A stretch of DNA of 64,000 nt from Trichinella spiralis (taxonomy: Eukaryota). Below, piece after piece: positions 50,877 through 64,000 of this stretch. The notes beneath the pieces were generated by a model, which was not told the DNA's origin, ran no database searches, and saw only the letters and a program-made list of their open reading frames with translations. Location: positions 3,362,609 through 3,426,608 of the forward strand of contig NW_003526943.1 in assembly GCF_000181795.1 (NCBI RefSeq), read 5' to 3'. A program made the translations under genes and the position numbers. The stretch's first letter is position 1. Every line of letters begins with the position of its first letter.

Positions 50877-53800
50877 CTTTTCTCATCGTCCAGCTGCAGC
50901 ATTCAGTTTTGTATTTTACATTATTTTGTTTCATTGTGTTCAATTTAAATTTCACGAAATTGTGAAGCAATTCCAAGAGCTGCTTTTTATACCATTTTCT
51001 CTGGCTAGTGTGAGAATGGAAATTATTGATAATAGTGCACTTTCATTATTATTTAATAGTGTATATGAGAAGGAAATTTCTTTGTGAGACTGTTTTCATG
51101 GCCGTTGTTGATATTGCTTATAAACAGAGAGAAAATTATTAATCAGTTTACTCACTCTGTATGGGTCAATTTATTGTATTAAATGTTTTGTAAGCGTATT
51201 GTTTTGCTGTTGATTGATTTTTAATTTTTTTTCTCGGCCGTGTCAGTTATGTCAGCATTATCCAAATTTTTGAAAATATAATGCGATTAAAAAAGAAGAA
51301 AGTTAAGGTACTTTTAAATTCGAAGTTATTCAATAGCGTTACGTTAGTAAATAAAAGTAACTTTTTTAACCACTGTAACCGTCAAACATTCGCTTCATCT
51401 TCATTGAATTCAAGCATTTATACATCCTGTTGAAGATTTGGCTTTAATTTCAAAATGTGAAGTGCAATAATTGCCTCTTTTTCTTACGCTTCGCTATGCA
51501 TCTCTCTTCAACATTTTTAATTGATGAAAGACTTTATTCTGTTAGAGTGTCTTCTTTTATGGTAATTTGCATTTGTTGAACTGTTGTTTATTAATGTTGT
51601 TTGTCTATTCGATGCTTTTCTACAATAAATCAACATCATTTACAAATCAAGCAAAGCAAATTTTAATAGTAAATACTGGAAAAATATGAGCATACTAATG
51701 ATATTATTGAAAGAACACTGCAAGCTGAGGAAAAGATCTAATAGTGGGAAACTAACTAATAAAACTGAAGGCGAAAGCATAGAGTTTTCCACTATAGGAA
51801 AGTTGAATGAAAATGTTTTAAATTTCCTGCTGAACACCAGTGTACTAAAAAATGTATAAATGATTTTTTGATTTACTGTAGTTGTTAAAAATCTAAACAT
51901 TCTTGATATTGCTTTCTGTTATTTTTATTTCATTTTCATTAATTCAAATTTATTATACAGTTCTCAGTTTGTTGCTAGTTTTATTATTCTTATCTTATCT
52001 TAGCAGAAATGTAGTTAGTGTAAATTTAATCACAATAAAACGACAGAAATATGAAAATTGAGTGGCTTAAAGTACCTATATGTAGTTTTTACTCTCAAAA
52101 TGCTGCGCATACTATTTTTGGGGGGGCATCAGTGCCAACAATCTGATACATTATTGTTGACAGAGAGAAATATGCTTGCATACATAAAATCAGAGTTTTT
52201 CATCTGTCTTTTTTGTTCTGCTGCATAATAAAAGCATATTCTAAAGTTATTATTAAGCTTTTTGGATTGTATGATATTATTATTATTATTATTTTATTGG
52301 TATGAAGTCATTGTGCATGCTACGAAGAACCATAACAGAATATTGCATGAAGCATGAAGAGAAGAAATTTGCACCGGTCGCATTGCAAAGCAGCTTATGA
52401 AGTTTGCCAGAAATGTTCTCATTGCAAGCATGGCTCTCTATTATATATTTGCTATGCAGAAATAAACTTTTATGCAATTTAAGTTTTTATAAAAATTGCA
52501 GAGATGCCATGCTTGAAATGCATCGTATGATCAATCGAAAAATCAAAACGTAATCTGATGATTAAATTGTTTGAAACTGCTTCAAATAAAGCAAATTTAG
52601 CTTTAATAGACATTATTGTGCTTTTCTGTACCATCATGCGATCGGTTTTTGCAGAACTTCAAAATACATTAATTTTAGTAGAAAACTAGAAATGTTGCTG
52701 TTTACATTATTCTAAACTGTCTTTCAAAAAATAAATTATTTTATTTCTTTATTAGAGCACTGCAATTCATCAAAGCAAATGATAACCTTAGCAGAAATTA
52801 TTGAAGTATAAGATAATATAATTATACTGAAATAAATATATTTTTATCAATCTTTTTTATTCATATGATTTTTAAAGTGTGCTATTTTTATTATTTGATT
52901 TTAAAAAAAGTATATTTTAAAAATTAGTTTCAGAGAATGGACAGCTTTGATATTATCAGTTATTAATTCTTGCCTCCAATATTAACCATGATTATCTATT
53001 CAAGGTCAGTTTTTAAAAATATGCAAAATGCGCCATAATAATGGTATTAAAATATTATCACAGTGCTATTTCTTACAGATGAATTTGTTGCATTAGTTTT
53101 ACTGTATCTTCTTCCCACTGAACATTAAAATGCAAATTAAAATAAAGTTTTTCTGCTTCAAAATAGCAAAACTGTCTTTATGATTTATGTTTATGTCCAT
53201 TCGATATAATAATTGCGTAGGTGGAAGGGTCGAAACGAGTCGGTGCGTACTAAGTAGAATAGCTGAGGCCAAGGACAGTCGTATTTACGAATAAATTTAC
53301 AAGGCTGCATGCAGATAAACGCTGACAAAAGTTGGTGGCTTTTTACGTTTGCTTTATGCTATTCAGTGTAGAAAATAATTTAAAATTTCAACCAATTACA
53401 ATTGCAATTTTGCTAACTAGTTGAATTCAATTTGTAGAGCGCTTAATGAAATTTTATTTCTATAAATATCTGTTGATTTTCTGCTACTGAGAAATTTAAG
53501 TAAATCATTACAAAGTGTTTTAATATTTTCATCAGTTGTAATCATTTTTTCAAATTTTGCATGATTATGTCATTATAAAGCTTTCAATAGTCCGTTCTAT
53601 AGCAAATTCTTTTGTAATTAATTGAACTTTTTTGGATGATAAGCATATTTTAGAAGAAAGAATTAAGATTCTATCAACATGCTGATTTAGCAGTTGATAA
53701 TATTGAAGAATGCAAGGCGCAGTACATTAAAAAAAACAAAAACAAAAAGTTGCTTGATATTTTAAATGCTCTTATAAATTAATAATTTCTCTAAAGTATT

Positions 53801-56535
53801 ATGTTCTCATTATAATATTTTAATTGCATTATTTATTGTATTTTATTAAGAAAACAGTAATTATCAACAGAACATATTAACAAACATATGGATAGATATT
53901 GATTTACTTTGGAAATCTTTTAATTCTGAAATAACAATAATTTAGCAGTAAGAAGCAACATGATTGTACTTATTGTAAAATGACTGGTATAATTTATATA
54001 TTATAGAAAGCGTGTTTTAATTAAAAATGAACTTAACAATATTAATATATTTAAAGAATTTTTTATAAATAATGTGATTCAGAAATAAAAGTAATATAAA
54101 ATTTTAAATTATACCGTTATTACATAATGCATTTTATGAAGCACGCCAGCATTTACTAATAAAAATCTAGTTTTTATCTCATTTATTAATACACATGACT
54201 AATAAATTTGAAAAATAATATCACTGCTTTTGTATTCGATATTTTAACGCTTCTAAATTTTATCTAACTATTAAAATCAGTAAAAATGGGCCATTACATT
54301 CTCAAAGATTTGGGTGCAGTGCATTCCTCTAAATTTATATGCAGTTTTGTTGCATTTTATAAATGCAGAATATGATAAGCCATATTTTAAGTAGAATGAA
54401 TGAAAATAATATCAACATTTTTATAAGTTTCTTCCATAATCAGCACCAGCTAACTAATAATTAATTATGAATTTGTTTTAAATTAAAAAGTGATATTTAA
54501 ACATTAAAAATCGATTATTCAGATATCAGAATGCCAATATTTATGCATATTAGTAATCGTTTATCAATTTCTAGTTAATTGTTCTTTCAACTTAATTTCA
54601 GAAATGAAGCATAAATAGAAAAAGTACAGATAATGTAGTAAAAGTTATTCATGCAATCTTTGTTAACATTCAATTAAAAGCATTTGATATTTTTTTATAA
54701 AAATAAGAGTTATACATTGAAAGTTATAAATTGAAATTATAACTGATTCTATATTGCAAATAAACGAGTCTTTAAATTATAGTTATTTTGTGCTTTCATT
54801 GAAAATTTTTTCATAAATTTAATGCATTCAGTGCTTTTGATAGAATTTTAGTTAAATCGATTTGGTTTTCAAAATGAAACAAATGATGCAGTTTCGGTGA
54901 AAAAGACATGCGCATTATGTCCAAATTTGAAAGCTGCTGAACAATGCTAATCATTATTAACTGGAAACATGCCCTTTAATTGCATTCCTGTATATTTCTC
55001 GCAAAAAGATATTTTAAATATTTTGTAAATTGAATGAAATAATTAAATTTTTATATAAAAATAAGTACCACAATAATAAAAATTGTTCATGCAAGATTAT
55101 TGTAGTAGTAATAATTATCAGTAGATTATAAAATTCAATTGCATCACTAGTGAGATTATTATTCAACAGATGCATCTTATCATTTTACAAGCAGAATTGT
55201 TTCAAAATAATGATGACATGAAGATTGATTTTTTGTAGGTAACAGGAAGCAGTGCAAATCAAGCAGTTTTATTTTTAAAATATTTCACTAAACCAAAACC
55301 TGATTTAAAATAATGAAAAAATCATCCGAAAACAAATTTTCAAGGAATTTCAATTTATGGTCTCTTTCGTTTCAGTCGTCGTATATAATAAAAACTTCCC
55401 ATTTTAAGCGAAACATTCTTTCTGAAATTCTACAAGTGAATGCAAAAAATTTCTCTAATCTCTACTGATAAATTAATAAGGTAAGTTTATTTTTCTGGAA
55501 GAAATGCAGCGTTTCAAAAATATGCAAATGTTCTTTATTTTTCCAATACTTTTCAAATGCTTGGCAAATATGACATTGTTAGAGTTGCGGCAATTCTGAA
55601 AGCTTATATATAGAGAAATGAATGTTTGCAAGGCCACAGTAATGTTGAAGGTCAGATTCCATATTAGCAATATTTATTCCCAGTCTGTTGAATGAATGGT
55701 TTGTAGAAAGTTGTGGTGGTTGTGGTGTTAAAATGGACAGTTGGTGAATTTTTATTAAAAAAAATCAATTATTCATAACATATCTGCACCATGGAGTACA
55801 GAAGTAGCAAGCATATTGATGTGTTCGGGATGTGATGGATGGATGATGATTGGTTGAAAATATTCATGAAGAGCTTGTTGTTTTTTTCCATATATGTTAT
55901 TTGTTGTACCAGTTACGTAATTTGGTAGCAGTAATGCATAACTGGATATTTTGGAACTTTCACCAATGATTGGTGAAACCGACCTTGAGCTTTTCTACTT
56001 GTGCTTGCCAGCCAGTGACAGTCACTTTGGGCAGGTTTGGTCGCGTTTTACAGGGCGCGTGATGGGCTAAAAATTTTCGACAGGTTCATCAAAGCGGGTC
56101 ACGGTACGCAAGCCTGAAAGGAAAACCGGCATCAAGCTGCAGGCTATTCGTCGCCTCGGGTATGCAGGCTTTTGTAGACCGGACTTTTGAGGACGGTATA
56201 TCGTCAGTGGATGGTAAAATTGTTCACCACGTGTGTCGACGTGTTCTGTTCTGCTTCCTTGGCGTGGCTTTTATTTTTTTTTGCATTCCACTTTTTTGCT
56301 CATTTTAATATTTTAATTTTAATATTGAAACGAGAAAAAATATCTTCAACGCGAAAATATTTTGCATTTGTTTTTAAGAAATACTGTATATTGGCGGCAA
56401 CTCTGACTGGACAACGGTCAGCAACGGTTCTGGTGACAGTTTCGACACTGACCCTGTTGATTTGTCATTGCTTTCGTTTGCCATTTGCCAACATCGTTGC
56501 CAACTCTGATCAGTCTACCAACTCGCCGAGTTGAA

Positions 56536-59500
56536 ATGGGCTCAATGGGCGTCACCTATCAAGAGTTGCCGCCTATGACTACGTGGGTAAATTCGGCGCA
56601 TCACCAGCATCAGGGCCATGCTCCATCCCAACCACCACCACCACCACCACATCAGACCATACAAGATCAGATACCACGTCCTGACATGCCCACAATGCCT
56701 TATCTCATTGCAGAGCAAACACCAGGTCAAGCTTATGAAATCGATGAGCATCGTAGCTGGTCTGCATGTACCATATCTCCTGAAGGTGAGAAAAGAAAAT
56801 TTTTTTTCTATTTTTCAACTTCAGCTAAACATTCTCTTTCCCTCTCATTTTTACATTCCACGTATTTATTTGTACGCTTATAAAATTTTCAAATTATCAT
56901 TTGCATTTTCCTATAATTTTTTAAATAACAAAATCAGCATTTTATGTTGTGATTTTCAACTTGTCTGCACTCGCATGCATTCCAATACAGGTTTTTGTTC
57001 TTTCTCTTTGAAATTATTAGCCTGTAAAATGAATACATTTTGCATAGAAAAAATTGCAAATCATTTTCAAGAGATGCTACAAAATTTATCAATATACCTG
57101 TGCAGTTTGCAAAATAGACTGTAAAATGACAACTGTACTTTAAAATTAAATGGCATTTGAAATAATTTTTTTAAACTTTCGTTGTTCATATATTTTTCTT
57201 TCAAAAATGTAAAATAATTATCATCATTCCGTTATAATAAATAATTATTATAAAAAATAATGACTCATTAATAAATATTAGAAATTTGAATGCTCATTCA
57301 TGTTTCTCATGTTTCATGTTGTTTAAAAATGTTCTAAATTATCATAAAAGCAATTATTATTGCTATTATTTAATTTGACGCTTATCTTCAATACTTGAGC
57401 AAACATCTTTAATACTAGTGTTTTTTGTACATATACGAGGAACAAAATTTTTAGGTGCTTCTTGAGATTACAGCATGCTAATTCTGAAATGGGAAACTTT
57501 TTAATTTTAATTAATGCTACTATTTTTTTGTTTGAAACAATAAATTATATGCACAAGGAAAGCAATATTTATAAGAAACAAAATTAATTAATATTCAGAT
57601 ATTATGAACAAAAGTTTTTGAAGTTAATGATTCACATATTTAGCATAAATGATAATAACTTTAAAATTGTTACTTAGTGTTGCCTCTTATTCAGGATGAA
57701 AGCATAAATTTTGAAACAGCTTTGTAAGTTTAATCAAGTAATTTGTTTGGACTTCAATTTTTATTAAAAAATATTTCCTGTTAAGCATATTCATATTAAC
57801 AGAGAAATAGATTCGACTGATAAATTCATTTGGAACTAGTTTCATAACTAATTTTTATCAGACATCATACTTCATGCTGCATACCATTACCTCTTTGTTA
57901 GTTAGATGGAATTGTTTTTCATTAAACGATACAAAAATTCTTTTTTTATACTTTTCAATATTTTGCTTCATATATTTATGAACATTTTGCATATTAATTT
58001 TAATATCTTTGCAAAAAGTGCTAAAACACGAATTCATGTTTTGTAAAGTTTATCATTTGAAATACTTCATTGTTTCATTTATTTCTGTATTACATAATTT
58101 TACATTTTTGACAATATTTCAATATAGCATTGTATGATATCTAAAAAAAGTGATCAAAACAGTTCACAACGGTAAATAGTTTTGAAGCATTTAATGTAGC
58201 ATGCTTAACAGATGGAAAATAAATCAATTATAAAATGTCATCTTTGAGTTAAATCAAGTGTAAATTGTTGCTACTTTATGATGACCTTGCCATGATGATG
58301 CAAAGTTTTTGCAAGTTCTACCTGAGGGATATGATCCATTGTTTGTGTAGTCGGTTGTTTTGATGCAGATTAGAATAGCAAAGACCTTGGCTTTGCAATA
58401 ACCACGTGAAATAGAGTTGCTTGAATTGTTTGACAATGAATCGTCAAGGTTGGCCAAGGGGTCGTTGCCGTTTTACAGGAGTGCTTGGTTTCCGGTGTGT
58501 ATGCGTATGCGTATGTGTATGTGTATGTGTTCACGTTCATCTTCATCAGTTCAGCTTTTAGCATGGACATTTTTACCATGCCCATTGTGACCTAATTAAA
58601 ACTTTTCTCAAGGTTGCACAATCACCAGCGTAATCATTTTCTCATGGACGCATGCTTGGCCTTCCGCCTTAAACATGAACAAAATTTCCATTGCTTCACA
58701 AGATCTATCCATCTGAAGATTCCAATACAGCAGTATTAATTTCGAATAAAACAGAAATAGTCATAAACAAGGAAAGAAAAAAGAAATCAATTTCACCTTC
58801 AATAATGATATTTTTGAATACAGTCAAATTTATTTATGCAGATAAATTGCATGAATTGATTCTAATTTAACTTTATTTGAAAATTAATAAAATAATATTT
58901 ATTTTAACATATACCTTTTTATTTTTATAAACATATTCAAAACAAACATGCAATAATGCAGTGCCATTTGAAATCGTTTTTAAGTTAATAGTTTTGAAAC
59001 AAAGTTTACTCAAAAAATTAATATATCATATTTTTCATAATTGCAAAAGGAATTTTACTCTATTATTTTTCATATACATTATTTAGTTATCAAATGCATT
59101 GCATTTTAGATGAATTAAATGATTTTTTAATTAAGGCCACGGTAACCCCAACCAAGGAATGTATCACACGAAAAATCCAATTATGGACCACTGGTTTGAA
59201 CCTGTGAGTGTGGGAACACTAAAAAATTCTCATCATTCTTCTTATTCGGCTACAACTTATCATCGAGCCGCACCTCCATACGTAGCTTCAGCACCGCCTG
59301 ATTCACGACTGAAAAAGCGATCCAGTAATTATCGGACCCATGGAAACGGTGCTGCCGGTACATCACCTGAAGAGCTTTGCCTAGTTTGCGGCGATAAAGC
59401 ATCTGGTTACCATTATAATGCCCTTACATGTGAGGGATGCAAAGGTAAGTTTAGTTTATGGGTTCTACGCAGCAAGGTATTAAATTAATAAACTTAATCA

Positions 59501-61825
59501 ACAATAATAAAATAAATCATAAAATAATATTATTGGTGTAAAATAAAACTTAATGTTTATTTTAAGGTTTCTTTAGAAGAAGCATTACAAGGAAAGCTTT
59601 ATATTATTGTAAATACGGTGGACATTGTGATATTGATATGTACATGCGTCGAAAATGTCAAGCATGTCGTCTACGGAAATGTCTCGATGTTGGAATGAGA
59701 CCTGAATGTAAATGTTTAAAATTTAAATTGAAAATTATTATTACCATTTTTGATTTAAGTGGTTATACCAGAAGAACAATGTCGTATGAAAAGAGAATCG
59801 AAAGGAAAATGCAAAGCTGGTTCCAAAGTGAATGAAGATGGAACAGTTAGCAGTCCTCCACAGGTAAAATAATTTTTTTCTTAGCAACAGTATTTATCAT
59901 AAAGATTATTTATTAATATCAGGTGACATCAACTGATTCATCGAGTCCTAATCCAACTTCAGCTAACAGTTTTTCACCTGAGCAAAGAGAATTACTGAAT
60001 CGAGTTCTTCTTTGTCAAGAACAATTCGACGTTCCTTCCAATGATGACCTCAGCAAGCTAACGGTGCTAAATGCATAATTTATTTTTTTCTTTTTCTTAA
60101 AAAAATATTTTTCAAGGTGCTATCAGATGAAAGCGGAGCATGTCAAGCAGCAAATTTTCAACATCTGGCAGAATTGACCATTTTGAATGTACAGCTTATA
60201 TATGAATTTATAAAACATTTGCCTGGCTTTGCAACACTTTTACCAGAAGATCAGAATTTGCTGATTAAAGTAGAACACGTTTTATTATGCAAAATGAGTT
60301 TTTTGTTTTGAAAAACATTAAACAATAATTTTTTTAGGCATGCACTACTGAAGTGCTGATGATGAAAACAGCCAGACGGTACGATATAAAATCAGACACC
60401 ATTGTATTGGGAAACAATGTTACAAACTGGGCCTACACTCGTCAGACGTATCGACAAGCAGGATGGGGTACAGCTACAGATCCAATATTTGAATTCGCAA
60501 AGTCGATGGCTAAATTGAAAGTTGATAATGCTGAGTTTGCACTTCTCACTGCCATCAGTGTGTTCTCAGGTAATACAAATTAATAATAATAATAATTTTT
60601 CATAATCTTAACAATATTAAAAAAATACATATTTTTTTCTTCTAAACACTTTGACACAGCTTTGTTATTTTGTTTACGTAAAATAAAATAAATTAATATT
60701 GATCTGCTAAAAATAAATCACTGCAATACTAATAATGACAACTGTTTTGTTTAAATTGATGCCACCTGGCTTAGCTGCATGTTTTACACTCTAGTTAAAA
60801 AAAGTGTTTTTTGCTAAGAACTGACTGTTGCTTCTAGACTGTTTTGTTTCTAGCCTATTTCATTTGCTGACTCGATTCAATTTTCACGTGGAAACTATTT
60901 TTAGAATTGCCACAAAATAATTACTATTTATAATGTTTTATGTATTTTATTTTTCATTTTCTACAGTCTTATGAAAATTGGAATTTTTAAATTAATTATT
61001 GTCATTGACAAATCGTTTAATGGAAAATTAATGCTATTCCTTTACATGATCATAGACTTTTATGTAACGTAAAGATGCATTTTTTTAATATATACATTAC
61101 GTAGCCAGTTAATGGTGTAAGTGTTTCATATTGTAGCAGTAGTGAATATGAAATGATTTTCATTTATTGAAAAAAAAGTTAAAGCATTTTAAAGTATTTG
61201 AAAAATTCTTCAACATTCAGATAGACAAGGTCTTCTGGAACCAAGGAAAGTTGAAGATATTCAAGAAGTATATACAAGCACGCTCCAGATTTACGTCGAC
61301 ATACAACGGCCAAAGATGCGCAACATGTTTGCTCGTCTGCTGATGAAGCTGACAGATTTACGTACGTTAGGATCTGAACATGCAGATAAGTTGTTCTCGT
61401 TGAAATTAGAAAACCCAACTCCCAGTGGGGTTGATCTAGATAGTGCGGTACCATTTGGCTTAACGAAAGCCGGTGTTGTCAAGTCGACCAGTCGAACATG
61501 CCGGAATCGGCAAACTGAGAACAGCAACGTTGGTGAAACGCTTCCAGCACCTGGTGGATATAGAATCCCGAACGTGAGAATAAAAGTTGAGCCATTGGAA
61601 AGACCAACTTCAGCTACACATGGTCCGCCGACGGATGCATCCGGTCGTTTTGCATTTTTTGAACAGCCAACTTCTCTCACCAACGGCGTCTATTTATCAC
61701 ATTCCACAGCTTCCAATGGTTTAGAGCCAGCTGAAGATTTGCTACACGAAGCGGTGACGTCAACATTGGGCTCTTTTTTCAAGCATGACCAACCAATAGC
61801 CACAGTTGACACGCGTTCGACATGA
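56536..61825 (+). CDS. EcR: Ecdysone receptor (NR1H) ortholog with an atypical C-terminus
   Basis: [144 protein letters not shown]. Exon 1 56536-56785 splices in phase to 59136. Confidence 0.92.
58282..58616. promoter_or_regulatory. Candidate intronic enhancer with monomeric nuclear-receptor sites (RORE and FTZ-F1-type)
   Basis: GC-richer island in EcR intron 1. TGACCTAATTA at 58588-58598 (reverse complement TAATTAGGTCA); TGACCTTG at 58282; AGACCTTGG at 58382; TCAAGGTTG at 58444 and 58608. Confidence 0.4.
58496..58530. repeat. Short hexamer microsatellite (TGYGTA)n
   Basis: GTGTATGCGTATGCGTATGTGTATGTGTATGTGT. Confidence 0.7.
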
Positions 61826-62529
61826 AAATTACACTATAAAAAGGCAAATTATATTGCAAACAATAATATAAATATTTGAAATATTCACTTTGATGTATTT
61901 GTTAATCGTTGTTATTGCGTCATTGAAGCCATTAGAAATTGACACTGCTTGATTTAAAATTCCCGTTGTTAGTTTTTAATTTTTCTGTTTTCAAAATTAT
62001 ATTGTTCATTAGTTGTTTGCTTTTTTATTATATGTACTTTGTTTTTATTCAAACTGAACTTTTATATTACATTTTTCTTAGTTGAACAATCTTAATCGAA
62101 AATGTACGAAGTTAGACTTTTTTAACAATAAAATTTATTCCTTTCACTAAATTGTCAATTGTTTGATTTGGTTTATTTTAAAGTAATAAATAAATAACTT
62201 TTCAATGCAAAGTAGGCTTTTATTAATTAGACAGTCGTTAAAGAATGACTTTTATTTTTAAAATAAATCAAACGCAAATATATAGCCTTTTTTTGTATTC
62301 AATTTGAAATTAATATTTGATAGTCAATGTTTAAACCATTTATAAAGCTGTATTCTTTGGAGCACAGCGGTTAAATTATTGCGCAATATTCTTCTGCTTT
62401 GATTGTATAATTTAAAATAATTCCAACCAGAATAAAATTCAATATAACTTTATTATTTTCTGATTTCTTAAAAATTAAAAATTTCCGAGTAATAAATTTT
62501 TTTACAAAACATTTCATAATACTTTAAAT

Positions 62530-63285
62530 TCATGATCTACTAACAGTGTTCTGACAAATGCATCCTGAATCATGGCATACTTGATTAATCATGTTAAACA
62601 AACATAACATGACAGGCTGCAGCATCCAAAAAAAGCTACTCATTGCATTCCGTCTAATTTCCCAGACTCCACCGAGAACTTCGAATAGCCAAGGAGTGTT
62701 CAGAATAATTATCGTAAAAAATATTACTTTAAAAATCCACTTGTGTGCTGTAATTCGACGTCGAAAACGTAAAGCAGAAAACTGATCGTTGATGATGGTT
62801 CTTTTTTGCAAATGCCACGCGGAAATGAAAACTGCAAGAAGAGATAAAGCGCTTGAACATGCCATAAAAACAGTGAAGCCAAGCCAAAATTGTCTTTCTA
62901 CCACGTCGACAAAGTAACAACTATTCACAAACTGATCGCCTGACATTGAGGTGCTAAGCCATAAGCCAACAAGCCAACATGTCAGAGATAAAATAAAAAA
63001 TAAACAAATGGATATATTCCTCAAACGTCGTAAGAAAAAATTGGAGCTCCTTATTCTCGATTCTGTGAATATAATTGTTGACAACGCGATTACTGAACAT
63101 TCCATCAAATGATTTCCAATCAGATAAAGTTGCGCATTCGGAGCAAAATAAAAGCAGCTCATCTTGTCCCTGTAAGCTGTGGTTGCCCAAAGTTTGCTAC
63201 ATTTTTCACATTCAAATGCCAGACCAAGGCTGGCAATGGCACTTCCAAAAGCATAGACTGAAAGGCGTAGATTAGAAAACAACAA
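62530..63285 (-). CDS. Multi-pass membrane protein resembling a nematode 7TM chemoreceptor GPCR (Srsx-like); TM1 probably on an upstream exon (~63520-63675)
   Basis: 251-codon ORF with ~6 hydrophobic segments, Cys before the TM3-like helix (SCFY) and in the ECL2-like loop (SCYF), a basic ICL3 (RFRRRI), and Pro in the TM6-like (NTPW) and TM7-like (LQP) segments. Confidence 0.6.
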   Translation of the reverse strand: MLFSNLRLSVYAFGSAIASLGLAFECEKCSKLWATTAYRDKMSCFYFAPNAQLYLIGNHLMECSVIALSTIIFTESRIRSSNFFLRRLRNISICLFFILSLTCWLVGLWLSTSMSGDQFVNSCYFVDVVERQFWLGFTVFMACSSALSLLAVFISAWHLQKRTIINDQFSALRFRRRITAHKWIFKVIFFTIIILNTPWLFEVLGGVWEIRRNAMSSFFWMLQPVMLCLFNMINQVCHDSGCICQNTVSRS

Positions 63286-64000
63286 TATTCTGCATAGAAT
63301 TCAGTCAGTACAATAATTAACCGCAAATTTTAACTCAAATACAATTAATTAGCAGATTATTTTAAGCTTATTAAATATAACTTTTGTTTGCATTTGAAAA
63401 TATATAAAACTTAGCTTTCTTATTTTCTAACTTTAAAATTTATCATAAAATTCATCGAGTACAGCATAGATTGAAATACATATATTTAAGATGTATAATT
63501 TTTCAAATTTACCACAAGTAACTTTGTACAAGCAGCATTTCATACTTCTTTGCATGAATAAAATCAAGCAGTATATCTGAGTAAAAAACGTTATTTGGCC
63601 TATGCATACATTCAAAATATCTAAAACTGTACGCTGTGCGGGAGTTGCAACAGTGATGCTTTTCAAGGTGCATCTAGAAATTAAAATGCATTTTGAATAT
63701 TTTTCAAAATTGCAAAAATGTATCTTATAGAATAGAATACATATTTTAATTATAAGTGAAATATGCAATAATTTGATTAATTCCCTTTAATGCCAAATGA
63801 AATAATAATAATAGTAATTAAAAATAATATTACTCTGTACAGTTGGACATTCTGATGACAAAAAAGGCTTTTGAATTTCGCCTGTCTTGGACAAGATAGC
63901 ATTGAAAATAATCAGTACTAGCTTATGTAAAAATAATTTCAGGAAGAGTAAATTTTATTTTTCCAGCAATTAATTTTAAATCAGATTGATTAAGCAATAA

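Noticed and set aside
51380..51900. Short ORF-like, purine-biased stretches downstream of SMNDC1
   Set aside because: Interrupted by stops, with no recognisable motif or splice pattern.
1898..64000. Numerous 60-125 aa ORFs from the six-frame track (antisense to real exons, or rich in F/I/L/K/N)
   Set aside because: Explained as shadows of real genes or chance ORFs in AT-rich DNA.

Overview
AT-rich eukaryotic genomic DNA with short GT-AG introns, most likely from the parasitic nematode Trichinella. One gene translates to what I recognise from memory as the T. spiralis 43-kDa secreted glycoprotein (p43/P49). In order, the window holds: a multiply deleted BEL/Pao LTR-retrotransposon remnant; a small local duplication whose two copies each carry a different MITE; an acid lipase (+); a two-pore K+ channel (-); phosphorylase kinase alpha (-); a tandem array of four secreted DNase II-like genes including p43 (-), all lacking the canonical HxK histidines; a small membrane-protein ORF (-); UTP11 (+); CAF1/CNOT7 with a long acidic tail (-); SMNDC1/SPF30 (+) with a candidate poison exon; an ecdysone receptor (+) lacking the canonical helix 12/AF-2, with a cluster of nuclear-receptor sites in intron 1; and a 7TM chemoreceptor-like ORF (-). 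Exon boundaries were read by eye and are approximate unless stated. No searches were run, so family assignments rest on recognised motifs.
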